Shown one piece after another: positions 1 through 13,690 of a stretch of 64,000 nt of DNA. The stretch lies in contig NC_057755.1 of the NCBI RefSeq assembly GCF_004010195.1, forward strand, positions 5,563,474-5,627,473. Direction: 5' to 3'. The notes beneath the pieces were generated by a model, which was not told where the DNA came from, searched no databases, and worked only from the letters and a program-made list of their open reading frames with translations. The translations under genes were made by a program, and so were the position numbers. Source of the DNA: Chiloscyllium plagiosum (lineage: Eukaryota). Numbering within the stretch: the first letter of the stretch is position 1; the number at the start of each line of letters is the position of its first letter.

Positions 1-544
1 GAAAAATATGCCATAATCAGTTTGTCAGGTTGGTATTAGCAAGTCCACAAGGAACATTACTTGAGATACAGCCATTGAAAATTTCTATCAATGACAGAGC
101 TCATACGATCATGGGTTACATTGGGTAATATAATGTAGAGAAATGTGAGACATTGTTTCTTCATTTCCATCTTGGAAATATTTCAGGCCGTCAATAAAGT
201 TATAGATGCTGAACCGAGTCATAAATCTAAAGCCAAAAAGTAGCATTTCTGTCCATTCAATGATTGCCATTGCCATTATTCTCTTGAACATTTTACTTCT
301 CTCAGAACTCTCTAAATTTGAGGTACACATATTGGTTTGTGTCATTTCACTCCATCATCATGTAAGCCTTGCTCTCTTGCTTTCATTCTGGTCATTCAAT
401 GCTGCACTCAAAAGGACATCGCCCCTCAAGTTACCAGTATATTTTTCTGTTTTTTTCCTTTTTTATACAGTCAGTGTCGGTGCTGTGTTAAAAATCAAAT
501 GGCAGCAGTGGACAAACCAAAAATGGCTGACTGACTCGGATTCA

Positions 545-760
545 TCAGTCCTGACTTGACAGAGTCCAGAATGGTATATTGCCTCGACAGTACCGAATGT
601 CAAGCACATCCTAGAACAACTTTAGCACTTCCTGGATGTGGTTTGGGGTTGAGGTGGGACAGGGACAGGCGTTAGACAGTGTGGCAAGTGAAGACACTGA
701 GGTCCTGGTCCACATTGACAAAAACAATACTTGACAGCTAAATAGCGACTGAAAGGTTGG
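545..760 (+). mobile_element. CR1 LINE ORF1 SGNH-esterase-like fragment (degenerate); inverted twin at about 5260-5470
   Basis: Translates to MVYCL...EDTEVLVHI(D/G)xN, resembling the CR1 ORF1 esterase motif VCCLPGA...EVVVHIGTND. The twin ORF 5229..5441(-) reads EDTEVLVHIGINNIG. Confidence 0.6.
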
Positions 761-959
761 CATCATATCATTACGAACGCTTTTGATACATGTGCATAAA
801 CTTTGACAAAAGCCTGTCACTGAGCCAGGCCGTCAGCATCTCAATATCCCTGATACTCACCCATTGACATCAGCGATGCTTCCCTGATCGGTCCCAATTA
901 ACAGCCCCAGTCAGGGAACTCAGGCCCTATGTTGTGCAGCTGGTTGACCTCATTACCTT

Positions 960-2045
960 CCTGAAATCCATATTAAAGCCCAACGCTCTGCCATCATCAG
1001 TCCACTTTGTTATTTCTTCAAAAAACTCAATTAAGTTTGTGAGACATGATTTCCCTCGCACAAAGCCATGTTGACTATCCCTAATCAGTCCTCGCCTTTC
1101 CAAATACATGTATGTACTGTCCCTCAGGTTATCTTCCAAAAACGTGCCCANAATTATCTCAGCAAGAGGCACAGCAATCACTTCCCACAAAGTTTCCGAG
1201 TACACCTGATCAGGTCTTGGGGACTTAAATTCTTTTATGTGTTTTGAGACATCCAGTACTTCCTCCTCTGTAATATCGACTTTTTTCAAGATGTCACGAT
1301 ATATTTCCCTACATTCTATATCTTCCAAGTCATTTTCCAGAGTAAACACTGATGCAAAATTCTCGTTTCGTACCTTCCCCATCTCCTGTGGCTCCAAAGG
1401 CCACCTTGCTGATCTTTGAGGGTCTCTATTCTCTCCTTAATTACCCTTTCGTCCTTAATGTATTTGTAAAATTCCTTTGGATTCTCCTTAACTCTGGTTG
1501 CTAAAGTGTTCTCATGTCCCATTTATGCCCTCTTGATTTCTCTCTTAAGCATAATACTACTGCCTTTGTGCTCTTGTCAGGATTCACTCGATCTATCCTG
1601 TCTATTCCTGACATATGCTTCATTCTGTTTCTGAACCAAACCCTCAATTTCTTTAGTCACCCTGCATTCATCAAGCCTTCATTTCACCCTGACAGGAATA
1701 TACTGTCTCTGGACTCTCATTACCTTATTTCTGAAGGCTTCCCATTTTCCATCCGACCCTATCCAGTGAACGTCTGCCTCCAACAGCTTTTGAAAGTTCT
1801 TGCCTAAAACCATCAAAATTAGCCTTCCTCCAATATAGAATTTTTTGACTCTTGCATAACTATTTTCAAACTATTAGAATTATAGTCACTGGCCCCAAAG
1901 TGCTCCCCCACTGACACCTCAATCACTTACCCTGCCTTATTTCCCAAGAGTAGGTCAAGTTTCGCACCTTTTCTAGTAGGTCCGTCCGCAGACTGAATGA
2001 GAAAATTTTCTTGTACACACTTAACAAATTCTTCTGCATCTAAAC
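960..2045 (-). mobile_element. CR1 LINE ORF2 fragment (endonuclease end to RT start), internally deleted
   Basis: ORF 927..1397(-) contains FASVFT, KSPRPDQVY and SQHGFVRGKSCLTNLIEFFEEITK; ORF 1316..1522(-) contains KENPKEFYKYIK. These are CR1 ORF2 motifs. Confidence 0.9.
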
Positions 2046-2884
2046 ACTATTACTCTCTATTACTCTGCATTTCATCATTTCTCTATTGCCCGTTATTTTC
2101 CTCATACTTTCCATTTAATCTTTTCACAATTACTCTCCATTGCACTCACTCTGCTTAAACCTTCACTCTGTATTCAACATTCTCCCTGTTACTCTCTAAT
2201 TAGTACTCTCACTATTGTTCTTCGTTTAATCCTNNNNNNNNNNNNNNNNNNNNNNNNNNNNNNNNNNNNNNNNNNNNNNNNNNNNNNNNNNNNNNNNNNN
2301 NNNNNNNNNNNNNNNNNNNNNNNNNNNNNNNNNNNNNNNNNNNNNNNNNNNNNNNNNNNNNNNNNNNNNNNNNNNNNNNNNNNNNNNNNNNNNNNNNNNN
2401 NNNNNNNNNNNNNNNNNNNNNNNNNNNNNNNNNNNNNNNNNNNNNNNNNNNNNNNNNNNNNNNNNNNNNNNNNNNNNNNNNNNNNNNNNNNNNNNNNNNN
2501 NNNNNNNNNNNNNNNNNNNNNNNNNNNNNNNNNNNNNNNNNNNNNNNNNNNNNNNNNNNNNNNNNNNNNNNNNNNNNNNNNNNNNNNNNNNNNNNNNNNN
2601 NNNNNNNNNNNNNNNNNNNNNNNNNNNNNNNNNNNNNNNNNNNNNNNNNNNNNNNNNNNNNNNNNNNNNNNNNNNNNNNNNNNNNNNNNNNNNNNNNNNN
2701 NNNNNNNNNNNNNNNNNNNNNNNNNNNNNNNNNAGTGGAGAGTATTAGCGAGAAAGCTGGATACAGGACAGGGGTTGGGGTTTAAAGACTGAAAGGGTGA
2801 AGACTTAATAGAAAATAACAGGGGAAGAAGTACATAAGGAATGAGAGGGACAGTCCTGATTTCAGGGGCACAGGGAGAGGGTTA

Positions 2885-3112
2885 ATGCGGGAAGCTGGAG
2901 GGATTGTCATTTGGTCAACCAATGGATCTCATTAAATATGAGTTTCCTGAGTGGGTCTGTTAGTCTGGTACAATCAGGGTGCCCTGGCAAACAGGATATA
3001 AACGGGAGTGTCAAGGGTACTGCTTACTTTAGGAAACAGCTTTGTGCTATCTGGATGAGCGTCATGTACGATGCAAGTATAAATGCAGAGTGACTTGATG
3101 AGGGGTTAACAC
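2885..3112 (+). mobile_element. Degenerate solo-LTR-like remnant
   Basis: A CCAAT-like element, caatcagggtgccctggc, a TATA-like gatataaac and a degraded polyA signal (gtataaat...gtgacttg) occur in LTR order and end in ...aaca. Recognised only as resembling elasmobranch LTRs. Confidence 0.4.
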
Positions 3113-3514
3113 ATTTGTGGAAGTTGAGAGTAAATAATACAGATTACTAAGGAGATTGTTGAATATAGGGGAGGAACGTGCGTGTTCAGTTAAGGGGAAA
3201 AGGGAGGAGAGTTAAGACAGAGTGATAGAAAAAGAACGAAATAGAGAGTAATGAGCAAAAAGTTGTATACACCATAGCAGGGACAGGGTGAAATGCACGG
3301 GAATGGATAAGGTGAAGTCCAGAGTGCGAAGGATTAAACGAAAAACAATACTGAGAGCATTAATTAGAGAGTATTAGGGAGAATGTTGAATAGAGGGTGA
3401 AGGTTTACGTAGAGTGGGTGCAACGGAGAGTAATTGTGAGAAGAATAAATGGAAAGTATTTGGAAAATAACGGGCAATAGAGAAATGATGAAATGCAGGG
3501 TAATAGAGAGTAAT

Positions 3515-5020
3515 AGTGTTTAGATGGAGAAGAATTTGTTCAGTGTGTACAAGAAAATTTTCTGATTCAGTATGCTGAAGGACCTACGAGAGAAGGTGCG
3601 AAACTTGACCTACTCTTGGGAAATAAGGCAGGACAGGTGACTGAGGTGTCAGCGGGGGAGCACTTTGGGGCCAGTGACTATAATTCTAATAGTTTGAAAA
3701 TAGTGATGGAAAAGTCTAAAAGTTGAAGTTCTAAATTGGAGGAAGGCTAATACTGATGGCATTAGGCAAGAACTTTCAAAAGCTGTTTGGAGGCAGACGT
3801 TCACAGGGTCGGGTCGGCTGGAAAATGGGAAGCCTTCAGAAACAGGGCAATGAGAGTCCAGAAACAGTATATTCCTGTCAGGGTGAAAGAAAAGGTTTGT
3901 GGTTATAGGAAATGTCGGATGATGAAAGAAATTGACGGTTTGGTTCAGAAACAGAATGTAACATATATAGAACATAGAACTTAGAGCAAAGAAGAATACA
4001 GCGCAGTACAGACCCTTCGGCCCTTGATGTTGCGCCGATCCAAGCCCACCTAACCTACATTAGCCCACTATCCTCCATATGCCTATCCAATGCCCGCTTA
4101 AATGCCCATAATGAGGGAGAGTTCACCACTGCTACTGGCAGGGCATTCCATGAACTCACGACTCGCTGAATAAAGAACCTACCCCTAACATCTGTCCTAT
4201 ACCTATCCCCCCTTAATGTAAAGCTATGCCCCCTTGTATCAGGTATAGACAGGATAGGTCGAGTGAATTCTGAGAAGAGGAGAAAAGCAGTAGGAGTATA
4301 CTTAAAAGAGAAATCAGGACGGCATAAAGGGGACATGAGAACACTTTGGCAACCAGAGTTAAGGAGAATCCAAAACGATTTTTACATATACATTAAGGAC
4401 AAAAGGAAACTCGAGAAAGAAAATAACCCCTCAAACATTAGCGAGGTGGCCTTTGGAGCTGCAGCTGATTGTGGAGGTACGAAACGAGAATTTTGCATCA
4501 GCGTTTACTCTGGAAAATGACTTGAAAGATATACAATGTGGAAAATAGATAGTGACATCTTGTAAAAAGTCCATAAATACAGAGGATGAAGTGCTGGATG
4601 CCTCAAAATGCATAAAAAATCAGTCCTCAAGACCTGATCAGGTGTACACGGAAACTTTGTGGGAATTGATTGCTGGGCCTTTTGCTGAGATAATTGTATC
4701 ATCGATAGTCACAGGTGAGGTGGCGGAAGACTGGAGTTTGGCAAACGTGGTGCCACTGTTTAAGAAGGGCGGTAAAGCCAATCCAGGGAACTATAGATCA
4801 GTGAGCCTGACATCAGTGGTGGGCAAGTTGTTGTAAGATATCGTGAGGGACAGGACATACATGTATTTGGAAAGGCGAGGACTGATGAGGGATTGTCAAC
4901 ATGGCTTTGTCCGAGGGAAGTAATGCTTCACAAATTGATTGAGTTTTTTAAAGAAATAACAAAGTGGACTGATAATGGCAGAGCGATGGGCTTTATGAAT
5001 ATGGATTTCAGGAAGGTAAT
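3515..5020 (+). mobile_element. CR1 LINE ORF2 fragment
   Basis: ORF 4552..4836 contains GEVAEDWSLANVVPLFKKGGKANPGNYRSVSLTSVVGKLL; upstream sequence encodes PTREGAKLDLLLGN from the endonuclease. Confidence 0.93.
3966..4236 (-). mobile_element. 5'-truncated CR1 3' end inserted only in the right arm
   Basis: ORF 4055..4336(-) contains RGHSFTLRGDRYRTDVRGRFFIQRVVSSWNALP, with an (atagaac)n-type tail at about 3966. The left arm (about 1600-1630) shows the empty site. Confidence 0.88.
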
Positions 5021-8000
5021 GAGGTCAGCCAGCTGCACAACATTGACCTCATTACCTTCCCTAAATCCATATTGATAAAGCTCATCGCTCTGCCATTATC
5101 AGTCCACTTTGTTCCCTGACTGGGGCTGTTAATTGGGGAAGCATCGCTGATGTCAACGAGTGAATATCAGGGATATTGAGATACTGACGGCCTGGTTCAG
5201 TGATAGGCTTTTGCCAAGGATTATGCATTTATATCAAAAGCGTGCTGCATGATAGAATGCCAGCCTTTGAGTCGCTATTTCGCTGTCCAATATTGTTGAT
5301 GCCAATGTGGACAAGGACCTCTGTGTCTTCACTTGCCACACTATCCAACGCCTGTTCCTGTCCCACCTCAACCCCATCCCCCACCGAAGAAGTGCTGAAC
5401 TTGTTCTGGGATGTGCTTGATACTGGGTACTGTCGAGGCAATATACCATCCCGGACTCTGTCAAGACAGGACTGATGATTCTGAGTCAGTCAGCCATTTT
5501 AGGTTTGATCACTTCACAAAAATGGAAAATCAGAAAAATATGGTGGGGAGTTGAGGGTCGATGTCCTTTTGAGTGCAGCATCGAATGACCAGAATGATAG
5601 CAAGAGGGCAAGTGTTCCATGATGCGGGAGTGAAATAACACAAACCCATGCTGTGTTCCTCAAATTTAGAGAGATCTGAGAGAAGTAAAATGTTCAAGAG
5701 AATAATGGTAATGGCAATCATTGAATGGACAGAAACGCTACTTTTTGGTGTTTGATTTAGGACTAGGTTAAGCATCTACAACTTTATTGACGGCCTGAAA
5801 TATTTCAAAGATGGAAATGAAGGAACAATGTCTCACATTACACAATCTATGTTGTCCTCATTCATTCACTGAACCTGTCTTCTCCCTTTTCAGCGTTCCT
5901 ATGTCATCCGTGCATTTTATTGTCCAAAATAACATTATGCTCGCCAATGTCACGCATGATCCTATGATTTCGGTCATTGATAGAAATTTTCAATGGCTGC
6001 GTCTCAAGTAATATTCCTTGAGGACTCGCTAATACCAACCTGACAACCTGATTTGACATTTTTTTCCTACTCTCGGTTTTCTGTCCCTGATCATTCTTCA
6101 CACCAAGACCCATTTCCCCACCACTACCGGACACGTAGACAATATTAATTACCGAACACACATTTCTGGAATTTGATATTTTTGCACCCTTGTGTGTGCA
6201 AATTCCCCACTAGCCTTATCTGCCTATCTTCCTTCAAACTGTGTCATCGCATCATCAGTCAAATGTTTTAGGTTTCTTCACCATGCATGTGGGTGCCATT
6301 CGTGTCCATCTGCTGTTGTACAGATCATGTGTGCATCAGAGTCAGATCTCAGCTATCTCCAGGATAGTCTCATCATGGTATGTGGATCTGTATTGATTTG
6401 AGCTTACGTAACCATTGAGGGTAGTTTTCAGTCAATATTTTACTTGTGTCAAGTATTGCCTTCATTGAGAGGTTTTATTTGATTGAGACACTGTGTCCAT
6501 GCAAGGTGAGCAATTCTATTTTGATGTTGCATTTGTTAAAACCTATAATGTGTGGTCTCCATTAACCAACCAATATTTCTTCACGGGACCAGCTGCTTTT
6601 AAACAGGGAAGCGACGCCCCCGTGTTGAGGAGAACGTTCTCAGAGAGCTACTCAGCTACTAGAATTTAATTTCCAAATGGTCAAATTCAAGGGCAAGATA
6701 AACTGAATTAAAAGGACATTTCAAAGTCCGCTGGATTGTGTTGCTTTACCAATGCTGGCATGTAGGGCGGCACAATGGTAAGCTCTGCTGCCTGTCAGTG
6801 CCAGGGATTGGGTCTGAGTAGGATGCCCTTTGCAGGGTCTGAATGGATTCAATAGGCCGATTGGCCTCCATGTACGCTGTAAGGATGTTATCAAATAACT
6901 CAATATGTATTTTGAGTTCAGAGAGATTGCCTGCACAAAGAGATTCATGGAGAAAATGATGTTTTACATTCAGCATGTGCGGTTGTAGTAATTCTGGGTA
7001 AGTGGCTTGCATAATTGACTTGCATAATTGAATTTATATGAATCTGCCTGAAGATCTGAAGATTCGCTCCAGTTTCACACTGCCACTGACAGTGACAATG
7101 GGCATATTGTGATCACCCTCACACAGGTGCGGAGGACTGATTTAGTTTCAAATTGCAGGGATGCTGCAGATTCCCCACTATCACAGATACCGAAGGAATT
7201 GCATGGGATATTGAACTTTCGTCTGCCAAACTATTCATCTCTTCTGGGAATCTCCATTTCAATTGAAGACGACAGTGGAATTAAGCAAAGCCGTCACTTC
7301 GGAAAATTAAAAAGGACGGTATTTTTATGTGTAGATTTCAGTAATATTTCGAGTGAGTTTGGTTCTGGCTATTGAGTAAATAAGCAGGGGCTTTCTCTGT
7401 GCTTCTGAAGTTAATTGTTAACTTGTAGGTATTTATGTAATCACAACAATTTGTTTTTAACGCTGTTTTTGAAGTTTGGCTGTCGGCTGAATGAAAGAAC
7501 TTGGTTTATTTTTGGTCGGAACCTAACATGGCAGTAACATGGACCCAAAGATTTATTTATGACTTCTGGAATCTGAGATTAGGAATAGTACCTTTACCTT
7601 TGAAACCTTCGTTTAACTTTTATCAATTTTGTCAATTCTTTTAGTCCTTCTAATTTCCTGGAACTGAGTGGACATGCAGATGTGTGCTCATTCAAATGAA
7701 TGATAGATTGAGTCAATCACTTTACGGTGGAGCCAACAGTTCGTATTCACTGCAGACCAGAAATGTTGGTTTAAACGAAAGCTCTGCATAGATTATTTAA
7801 AGCTAGGTAAATTGACAATCCGCTGTGTGGTAGTTTCAGGAAGAGGTTTACTGGAGTTCCAGTTTAATATTTGATGTCACAAGTCACTTAACCAAGTGTT
7901 ACATACACGGATTCTGGTCTGACCATGTCACGAGGGGTATTCTGTTTGTAATCACACCCTGGCTATTGTTTTGCCCAATCTATAAAACACGTTTTTTTTC

Positions 8001-8559
8001 TTTTCATTTATGCAGTTCTTTTAGATTAATGTTTATCTATTTACTGCATGTTCGTTGCCTTTGCATCTGTGTTATAAGAACGTAGCTTCGTTTATTCTAT
8101 TGTATCACCATTTCGTTTATTGTAAACTCATGTCTTTTTGCTGAAGCAATATTTTGCAGCATTGGTTCCGTCCAATTCAGGAAGAGATTATTTTGATAAA
8201 TCAAAACAAATAATGTCGTGACACATCAAGCTGGAGTTTCGTCTGGCTTCTGGCTTGTTCTGTGATTACATCAGCTGGTATCAGAACAGAGGTGAGGCTA
8301 TTAAACACATCGTCTAACTCGTGAGGAACTCATTAACTAATCCCATACTTTGATCACACTTTGCTCCAACTGTACCCCTCCAGTTCCATTTATATGTTCA
8401 TTCCTGACCGGACAGCTGAACTGAGATATAGTGTCATATGACCACCATCTTCAAATTACTACCCCATCACCCTGCACCAGCGGCAACCCAAAACAAATTC
8501 CCTCACCCCTGCACGACCTGAAACACTGAAAATAAATTAGACATTGGATAGCTCACAGC

Positions 8560-9100
8560 TGCAGTTTGTGCACAGTTCTGATCACCACCTAACCGTCAAC
8601 ACAGTCTTGCAATGAGGAGAATGTATAAGAGATATACAAGAATATTGCTAAGAATATGGAAATTACTGCAGCGTTGAGGAAGGATGGATAGGTTAGATTC
8701 ATTTTCCCCAGAGGAGAAAGAGAAAAAATGTGATTCATGTGTCCAAATAACTAACGTCTTGTATGGAGACCTGTCACCCTGAACGAATGATCATTGAGCA
8801 GTGTTCAAGACGGATACTAATTGATTGAAGGGTTCTCGGGGACATGAGGACTCACTCTTTCATCCACAGGGTGTTAGTGTGCCTGGAATTTACTTCCCAG
8901 TTTTGGAGGAGTGGGGTGCTGTGGTTGGGGGACTGCTTTAACTGCAACGTTCAACTCATTTAAAGGAAACCTGGATCTGCACCTGAAGTGATCTTCAAGG
9001 GACATTATGCTGGAAAGTGGGATTGGACAGTTATTTAGATTATTCAGTCACCAGATATGAATGACCTTTTTCAATGCTGGAACTGATCTGAGGTTCTTTG
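8560..9100 (+). mobile_element. Old degenerate CR1 3' end (paralogs at about 20230-20770 and 38810-39430)
   Basis: Decayed remnants of WSPH..KD...ALERVQRRFTRML and of the FFTQRVV..WNSLP coding region, followed by a CR1-type 3' UTR. Confidence 0.6.
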
Positions 9101-10499
9101 GGAATTCAGGAAGACTGAGGGGCGTTATCAATTTGATCATTAGGTTGATATTGCTTGCCTTGTTTCGATATTCACATTATAAAGTGGTTTTAAAGAAATA
9201 TTGTAGTTTCCACTGATATGATCAGAACACATCAGGGAGTCAGACCGGTCTGATTTTTATTATATTATGTTTATCGTACTCAGATTAAAGCAGCCACATC
9301 CACTAATTGCAACAGAGAAATGTGTCTCTTTTGTTCTGCATTATGTACTTTATTCATCAAAAGCCAACACGCACATTCTAAAATTGACTTCGACAATGCA
9401 GAGAGTGCATTAAAAAGCTCATATTTCTCAATATGAAATGTACATTCTTTGCTGATTCAATGGACCTTCAAATTTAGAATTCCTTCGAAACATTCTAAGG
9501 AATTCCTGGCTTACCAAAACAAATCATGAGGGACATAGTAAGTTTGCAGATCCCCAGTTTACCATCACAGAGAGGGCTCATATAGTGTTTGATACTTTGA
9601 ATAATGAACCAAAACTTTGTCAGCTCTGTTAGCATTTTCCATTGAATAATTCCATCATTTCAAGTGCAACAAATGACTTATTTTATCAGACAACGCCAGG
9701 AAAAACTTTGGTATGCAAAGACCAGTCTAATAAATGTTCAATCGTGGATGAATGTCAACACTTTGATTCTCAATCCCCTTTTAGATATGAACCCCATCTC
9801 TTGTTTGCAATGACAGGATCTTGTGCGAGGATTCAACTGTGTTGATGATTTGTGTCCAGTGACCAATGTTTCGATTAAGATGATCTGATTAAGTGATTCT
9901 GGTAATATTGTTTGTCTTCTCACAGATTCTGGCATGCCTGCTGAGTTTCGCCATTCACTTTTGTTTCTGTTACATGTTTACTTCATCTACAATCTTTGCT
10001 TAATTTGATTCTCTTCCCAACCTGTCTCCCAGAAACAAATCTTCGAATCGTAGAACCCGACTGGACAGAAGTGTCCTTCGGTCCATCGAGTTTGTGTTTT
10101 CAAAGCTGCACGAAATCAAGACTTGTCCCAGGTTTCAACACGGTACTCCTCGTCATGAATGTTGCAATACATCAAGTGTTTGTCCTGTTAAAGTCCGAAG
10201 CACGGAATTGCACGATCCCCTCATTCTCTGGTTGAAAGCTTTTTCTTCCAATCTCCTCTAAACCTCTTACCTCTCATCGTAAAATTGACGACCACTTCTC
10301 GTCTGTCAAATTCCTGTCCCCAATCCTGGAGTAGGCTGCTTTCAAATGAGTCTGGCTTGGAGCTGTCCTGTTGACACCTGATATCTGAATCCTTCAATTG
10401 ACCCATTTAGGAGCTAAGATCTTCCATTGCCCTCTGAGCAGACATGGATAATATTTGATTAGTAATTTCTGATTTCCAATTCACTTGCTGCCTCTGTCA

Positions 10500-11398
10500 T
10501 TAATTTCCTGGTGATTTTGCTTCTCGCCCGGAAAAGTGTGGCCTCTGCAACTGCACAACACGCTGCCCGTTGGCGATGGCAGTGTCGGGTCTAGTATTCA
10601 TTCTCACTAAGATCATATTCAGTCGACTGAAACAATTTTACTTCCCAATATGTTTTCTGAACATCACTCTTGTGTACAGTGCCAGCTTTGCTCTTGTCAG
10701 TGCAGCCACAGAGTGTTCGGTCTGGCTCACTGTCTTTTCTCCTTTGAACTTTTTGCTGCCGAAAGCAAAGAGAACATTTTGGACAGACAAAGACTTGGCT
10801 GTGGTTCTCGCTGCAACTGGCATTCTGCTCTGTCCCAAAAATAGAAATCCCTTCTATTTTCATTTTAAATCTAGGAGGGTAGCTACAACGTTCCATGGTA
10901 CTGCCGTATAAGCTTAAGTTATTTTACTGATCCCAGGTGACTGGGGTTTAACGATTTGATAACATTTAAACTCTTTTCATCCAATTCGTGTTAATTTTGT
11001 TGATGAGCAGGATGGCTGTCAGATACATTTTGGTGGCCAGTCGAGTCCGCAAGACACTGAGGGCCCCGAGTACGGCAGAGTGTCACAAAGACGCAGAGAT
11101 AGAGACCAGAGGAAGTCGGTGATTTCCCTCTGCACCATATCCATTAGCTTCAGGCTTTCGTGGACAGTGTACGGTGCAAACAACTTACACTTCCGCATTA
11201 AAGGAACAATTCGCAGAATGTATGGCTCTCTCGTCGTTTTTATGTATATCGGAGAAATGTTGAAAGATTTCATCTGCAGTGACACATTAATTTATGCAGT
11301 GATTCTGTCCAATTTCAGAACAAAGTTCGGAAACACGGTGCAACAGTTGTTCACGTTAACTGTTCACTGTTCACTTCATGACTCTGCAAAACAACAAA
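10500..11398 (+). pseudogene. GPR139/GPR142-like class A GPCR pseudogene, copy A (main coding exon)
   Basis: Across frameshifts it reads NFLVILLL..CGLCNCTTRCPLAMAVSGLVFILTKIIF..FYFPICFLNIT..AATECSVWLTV..NVPWYC..VRYILVASRVRKTLR..RKSVISLCTISISF..LIYAVILSNFR. It has several frameshifts, a premature TGA at about 10938 and a deleted DRF motif. Confidence 0.88.
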
Positions 11399-11869
11399 GA
11401 GATGCTCAGACATGGCCACAGTGTTCCCAATGTAGGACTTGTTCATGTATGGCCAGGATTCCAATAGTGCAATGACATGGATCTGACTATAGCACCAGCA
11501 GTGGATGGGGAGGGGGAGGCAGTATGGGTTACCAATCACCATGCTTAGGAACACGCTGTTGTTCCTGATTGACTGACGGTTGGAGGCACACGGGGACACC
11601 CAGACAATGAGCAGCAGCAGGCCGTTCAGCCCTTCATACCTCGTTCGCCCACTCTTCGAGAAAATCGCAGCTTATTCAGTTTTAACATAATTGTAATTGT
11701 CAGATTTTGATTTTCTGCTCTCAATAAACAGATTATTAAACAAGTAAAACGTTCCATGTGCTGTTTATGCTCTCACCTGAAGGGGTTACTATTTCTTGCA
11801 CGTTTGATTTTGAGAGAGTTCCTTGAATTCACTACCCGGTCTCCTCCCATCACAAGGATATATTACGTT

Positions 11870-13690
11870 ATCTCACTCCATTTCTTTCTGACATTGTCTC
11901 TGACCCCTCACCCCTTTCTTGCACACTTCCCCATCTCTCAGATTCTTGATCAGTCTCTGTCTGTCTCTATATCTGTCTTGCTCCGTGTCTCTACTGTCTG
12001 TATTGCTCTGCCTGTTTCTCTCTCTGGCTCTGTCTGTCTGTCTGTCTCTCCATCTCCTTCTATGTCTATCTTTCTTTGTCACTCGGTCTATCTCATTCTC
12101 TGTCTCTCCCTCTCTTTGCGCACTCTGTGTCATTTTCTCAGATTTAACATGACAGACATTGTTGTCTCAGTTCAGCACATGCTCACGTGCATTAGCTCAC
12201 AACCCTTCACTCCCTATAATCAGTGATTTTTTTTTTCTCCCGACGAGGTTACTTTGGAAAATACAAAACGTACAGACACAGCTAGCAATATCTTGATCAA
12301 ACAATCATTACATTTCTCTAAGTGAATCTCCCTCAATCTTCTGAACATTAATCTTCTCCCTCTTTCTCTCTCTTTCCCCCATACCTGTGAGCACTGTGTT
12401 TTTCATGTAGTTTCCTTTCAGTTTTTGTGTGTCTCTGTTGGTTTTGATTCATTGCTTTTGTGGGAATGTTACTGTGTGAGTCCCTGGTTATTGTGCTCGG
12501 GTAAATCCCTGTGTGTGATAGTGTGTGCGTTTCCACTTGTGTGTGTTGCAAGTATTTCAATGATTCTACATTACTGTGTTTATTTTTTTGGGCATGTTAT
12601 TCAGTCTGCATGAGAGTGTTTCCGTGAATTTGAGTCTTTTAATGTGTCTGTTATTGTGCCTGTGTGATTGTGAATCTGTGTGTTTTGCACATGTGCGTTT
12701 GCTGTGTTCTCTTTGTGTGAATGCTGTTTGTGGGGTTACAATGTTATGGCTGTACGACTGTGATTCAGTGTGTTACTGCCATAATGTCATGATAGTTCTG
12801 TGACTCCTTGTGCGTTTTTCATTGAGTTTAGGTGTAAAATTGTGGGAGTGCGTGTGTGTTTTTGTCTGGCTGGGCTCGTGTTTACCTCGGTGATAGTGTT
12901 ATTGTGGCTGTGTTTGGCTGGCTGTATATGTGCCAAGATCTTTCTGCGCCCCAAGCAGGATCTCTCTATGCCTGTCTTGTGGGTGCATCACTTTGTTTCT
13001 GAATGTCACTCTGTGCCTGTATGTATTTATATTTGTGGTTCTGTAACAACCCTTTAATGTGCTCATGCATGTATATCATTTTTTTTCTGTCAGTCCTTGC
13101 AGTTTGGTGTATAATGTCACTCACTCTGAATTCATATCTGTATGTGAGGTCGTGGGTGTGATTCTGTAACTGTGTGCACATGTGTTCCCATGTCAAAGCA
13201 CGACTGTTTTATGAGTGTGTGTGTAGATATGTTCCTCTGAGTCAATATGACGGCATTTCTGTGTGTGTGTGCATTCTGCCTGTCCATTGGTATGCTCCTA
13301 TATCTCTCAGTATGTCTGTTTGTGTGTGTCTGTCTGTCTGTCTGTGTGGGTGTGGTTGCATTAATGTGTCAGTGAATTGGTGTGTTCCCAAACTGCAGTC
13401 TGATGGTTTGGTTTTCCTGTGTGTTTTTTGAGGGTTATGAGAATGTTTCTACAGTTGGTGTTTCGCTATGTTCCATCATTTCATTTCATGGTGTTTTTGT
13501 GCATGTACAAGTGTGTATGTGTGTTTGGGTGTGTTCCTGTTTCTGTTTGTCACCATGTTCCAGTATCCCACTTTGACTGTATTTCTGTGCGTGGATGTTT
13601 TTTGTGTGTCTCTGTGTTGGTGGGTGCGTGAGGATGTGGGTATGGCTCCGTGGCCCTCTCGGTGTGGATATATTTCTCTATAAGCATGAG
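11870..13690. repeat. CT-rich then TG-rich low-complexity (degenerate microsatellite) tract; copies at about 23540-25350 and 27591-28190
   Basis: Runs of tctc/tctg followed by tgtg. The overlapping ORFs are C/V/S/L-biased artefacts. Confidence 0.8.

Larger units (their letters stand above)
1..2233. repeat. Left arm of an inverted segmental duplication (partner 3330-6067)
   Basis: The reverse complement of 1-115 matches 5952-6067, of 141-560 matches about 5460-5840, and of 2221-2233 (ttcgtttaatcct) matches 3330 (aggattaaacgaa). The arms are collinear with many substitutions and indels. Confidence 0.92.
3330..6067. repeat. Right arm of the inverted segmental duplication
   Basis: Reverse-complement match to 1-2233. 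It carries arm-specific changes: an insertion at 3966-4236 and a hairpin at 4958-5113. Confidence 0.92.

Noticed and set aside
206..559. Hydrophobic 117-aa ORF resembling a membrane protein
   Set aside because: No GPCR or other family motif; the paralogs at 5530-5775 and 33971-34198 do not conserve the frame or length.
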